Shown here: positions 63,419 to 64,000 of the stretch, piece by piece
How positions within the stretch are numbered: position 1 is the first letter of the stretch
How the letters are laid out: each line of letters begins with the position of its first letter
Notes under the pieces: model-generated
The model's database searches: none
Told to the model about the DNA's origin: nothing
The model's input: the letters and a program-made list of their open reading frames with translations, nothing else
Position numbers and translations under genes: made by a program
Assembly: GCF_022539665.2 (NCBI RefSeq)
Contig: NC_081331.1
Location: 3,162,001 to 3,226,000, forward strand
Length of the DNA: 64,000 bases
Direction of reading: 5' to 3'
Source: Daphnia carinata
Lineage: Eukaryota

Positions 63419-64000
63419 CCGAGGTAATTACAAGTAGGAAAACTCCTACCAAAGCTTTGACGATCCAACTCAAACCTGACTTGTTTTCATACTGACTTTC
63501 CCCACCTGTTGGTGCGAAGCAACGTGAGGAAGCCTCTTCTTATTAAGCGAATGTGCTCAGAATTTTACGTGGTGCTTCGTGGATGGCTGCTTGCTGTGCT
63601 AGGGCGAGGTTGGTGACAACTGCAAGTTATCCGGTGGTTTCAACTCAGCGACGAATATCTGAAGCTGATGTGTTGCATATACTGCACGTTTATGCAAGGG
63701 AAAGAAGAATGCGCGTCTACGCGATGACTTTAGCCAACAACATTGCTCATATTTAATTTTATTTATTTATTTTCATGACAGATGGCTCAAAAATTTTACC
63801 GGGAGCGTTAGAATTACGCTTTTGTATGCCCGCCAAAAAACTGTTAAGTTTTGATAGCAGGAAATGCCGTTATTTTCGAAATGTCATTGAGTATTCCCGT
63901 TTTCGAGATTATTAGAGACTATAAAGTAATCTGATATTTTATGGCTTTGGAGGAAAAGAGCGACCTGCCATCGGGAGGCATGTCTAACTTGATTGTTGAA

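Noticed and set aside
1..64000. Most short ORFs in the supplied six-frame track
   Set aside because: F/L/K-rich translations of AT-rich introns, UTRs and homopolymers, or shadow frames of real exons; no motifs or splice support.
63760..64000. Possible MITE-like sequence at the window end
   Set aside because: Only a compositional impression; no terminal repeat or TSD visible within the window.
1..64000. CRISPR arrays, operons, rRNA genes or prokaryotic defence systems
   Set aside because: The sequence is eukaryotic with spliceosomal introns; no repeat-spacer array or rRNA-like segment seen.

Overview
Eukaryotic, intron-rich, AT-rich animal DNA. Many 55-100 nt GT-AG introns and the gene content suggest an arthropod, probably a Daphnia-like branchiopod (inference). 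The supplied ORF track is mostly noise; I assembled the real genes by splicing by eye. Six protein-coding genes are supported: a K-Cl cotransporter (kcc/SLC12A4-7, +, 4235-13148, N-terminal exon not located), an uncharacterised ~635-aa tandem MATH/TRAF-like protein (+, 40140-45834) behind ~27 kb with no recognisable CDS, syntaxin-17 (-), a small secreted Thr/Pro-Ala-rich protein (-), nuclear poly(A)-binding protein Pabp2/PABPN1 (-) and DNAJC22/wurst (-). The most unusual object is a ~5.6-kb palindromic (foldback) insertion at 50802-56390. Each arm carries a decayed, inward-reading, intron-containing coiled-coil gene and a ~365-nt GC-rich hairpin/pseudoknot-like domain that is nearly identical between arms. 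The centre holds three degenerate tRNA-like (Pol III A/B-box) modules. No transposase is recognisable. Also notable: a 12-nt candidate microexon and tandem donors in the kcc C-terminal region, and a candidate unannotated spliced transcript at ~47.0-48.4 kb. No database searches or folding programs were run; identities and pairings were read by eye.
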